From: Ginglymostoma cirratum
Lineage: Eukaryota
Direction: 5' to 3'
DNA: 64,000 nt
NCBI GenBank assembly: GCA_024137785.1
Contig: JAHRHZ010000038.1
Coordinates: 27,026,938 to 27,090,937, forward strand
Numbering within the stretch: position 1 is the stretch's first letter; the number at the start of each line of letters is the position of its first letter. Positions 62,940 to 64,000 of the stretch are shown here, piece by piece. Made by a program: the position numbers and the translations under genes. The notes beneath the pieces are model-generated. The model was not told the origin of the DNA, made no database searches, and saw only the letters and a list, made by a program, of their open reading frames with translations.

Positions 62940-63146
62940 AGCAAAATACTATGAATCATAAATAAAAACAAAGTGCTGTAAAAATGCAGGAGGTCAGGAA
63001 ACATCTGTGGAGACAGAAAGCAAAAAGTTAACAGAATTTTGGTTCAAAAGAAGAGTCATTGGATTCAAAATGTTAACTGCTTTTCTTTCTCCACAGATGT
63101 TGCCAGACATGGCAAGTTTTGCCAGTATTTTCTGTTTTAATTTTAG
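62940..63146. mobile_element. Old palindromic Penelope-repeat derivative
   Basis: aacatctgtggaga..agttaac is inverted to gttaactgc..tctccacagatgtt; centre carries degenerate gaagagtcattggattcaaaatgtt. Confidence 0.7.
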
Positions 63147-63289
63147 TTGGAACCCCATTGCTGGGGTTCCACACATTTAAATTTGTGATGCAACTCAACT
63201 GGGAAGAGTTTGATGTTAATACAGGCTGCGTGAAATACACTACTATTCCACAGCACTAAGAAACATTACTCAAGAAACAATGGGAAAGG

Positions 63290-63870
63290 AAAAGGTGCAA
63301 TAAGGCTGAGTGACATTATACACCAGCTGCTGAAAATAAGCCAAAGGTGCAGCAGGTGAAGGAGGTGGGAAGAGGTATGTCGGCCTTCATATCAAGAGGA
63401 TTTGAGATCAAGAGCAAGGAAGTCTAGCTGCAATTGTCTAAGTGCGGTCTCACCAAGACCTGTAGAGTGGTGTGCGCAGATTTGGCTTGCTTATCTGAGG
63501 AAGGATGTTCTGGCTACGTAAGGAGTACCATGAAAGGTTCCCAGACTGATTCACGGGATTACATGACTGATTAATGAAGAGAAACTCTATTTGTTAGGAT
63601 GATATTCACTCGGGTTTTGAAGGCTAAATGCGTGTGTGTGTGCGAGAGAGTGAGTGAGAGCGAGATGTGAAGGATTTTTTTTCACCCAGAGTGGTGAGCC
63701 TGTGGAATTCTTTCAAGGAGAAATTAGATATAATTCTTAGGGCTAAAGGGATTTAAGGGTATGAGGAGAAAACAGGACCAGGGTAGAGTTGGATGATCAG
63801 TTACAATCATATTGCGCAGGTTCAAAGGCCCAATGGCCAACTCCTTTTCCTACTTTTTATGTTTCCAAAT
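63290..63870 (+). mobile_element. Decayed CR1 3' fragment
   Basis: CR1 ORF2 C-terminal remnants and tail ggcccaatggccaactcctt..tatgtttc. Confidence 0.7.
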
Positions 63871-64000
63871 TTCTATTCTAAGTGATAAACATTATTTAAC
63901 CTCTCATCACCACAGCTAAAAATTAAAAAAAAGGAAAGAAACTTTAAACTTCATCATGATTTGCTGATTGAAAAGGCTTTATACTCCAGAAACTTGTCCG

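Overview
Eukaryotic, repeat-rich genomic DNA from a cartilaginous fish, most likely a shark (inferred from HE1-type tRNA SINEs, CR1 LINEs and elasmobranch-type Penelope repeats). The only host gene I can support is SH3GLB1 (endophilin B1/Bif-1) on the minus strand. Coding exons 3-11 lie between 62330 and 39606, all with GT-AG sites and consistent phases. They include the neural alternative exon 6 (short and long donors) and the 24-nt microexon 7. Exons 1-2 lie beyond the right edge, and the poly(A) signal is near 39150. Positions 1-39 kb are intergenic and hold decayed CR1/L2/Rex1 LINEs, several SINE families, a decayed Gypsy element, two solo LTRs, Penelope-like elements and two minisatellites. 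Most ORFs in the track are spurious or TE-derived. Main observations: (1) Penelope terminal repeats carry minimal hammerhead-ribozyme cores with covarying stems, some as head-to-head palindromic insertions coinciding with the two 400-N gaps. (2) The neural exon 6S/6L/7 cassette is conserved, with an SRRM4-type UGC motif and a cluster of RBFOX UGCAUG motifs. (3) The human Cdk5 site Thr145 is replaced by Ala. (4) A ~1-kb putative non-autonomous retroelement is built around a CpG-rich 29-bp minisatellite. No prokaryotic features or CRISPR array are present.
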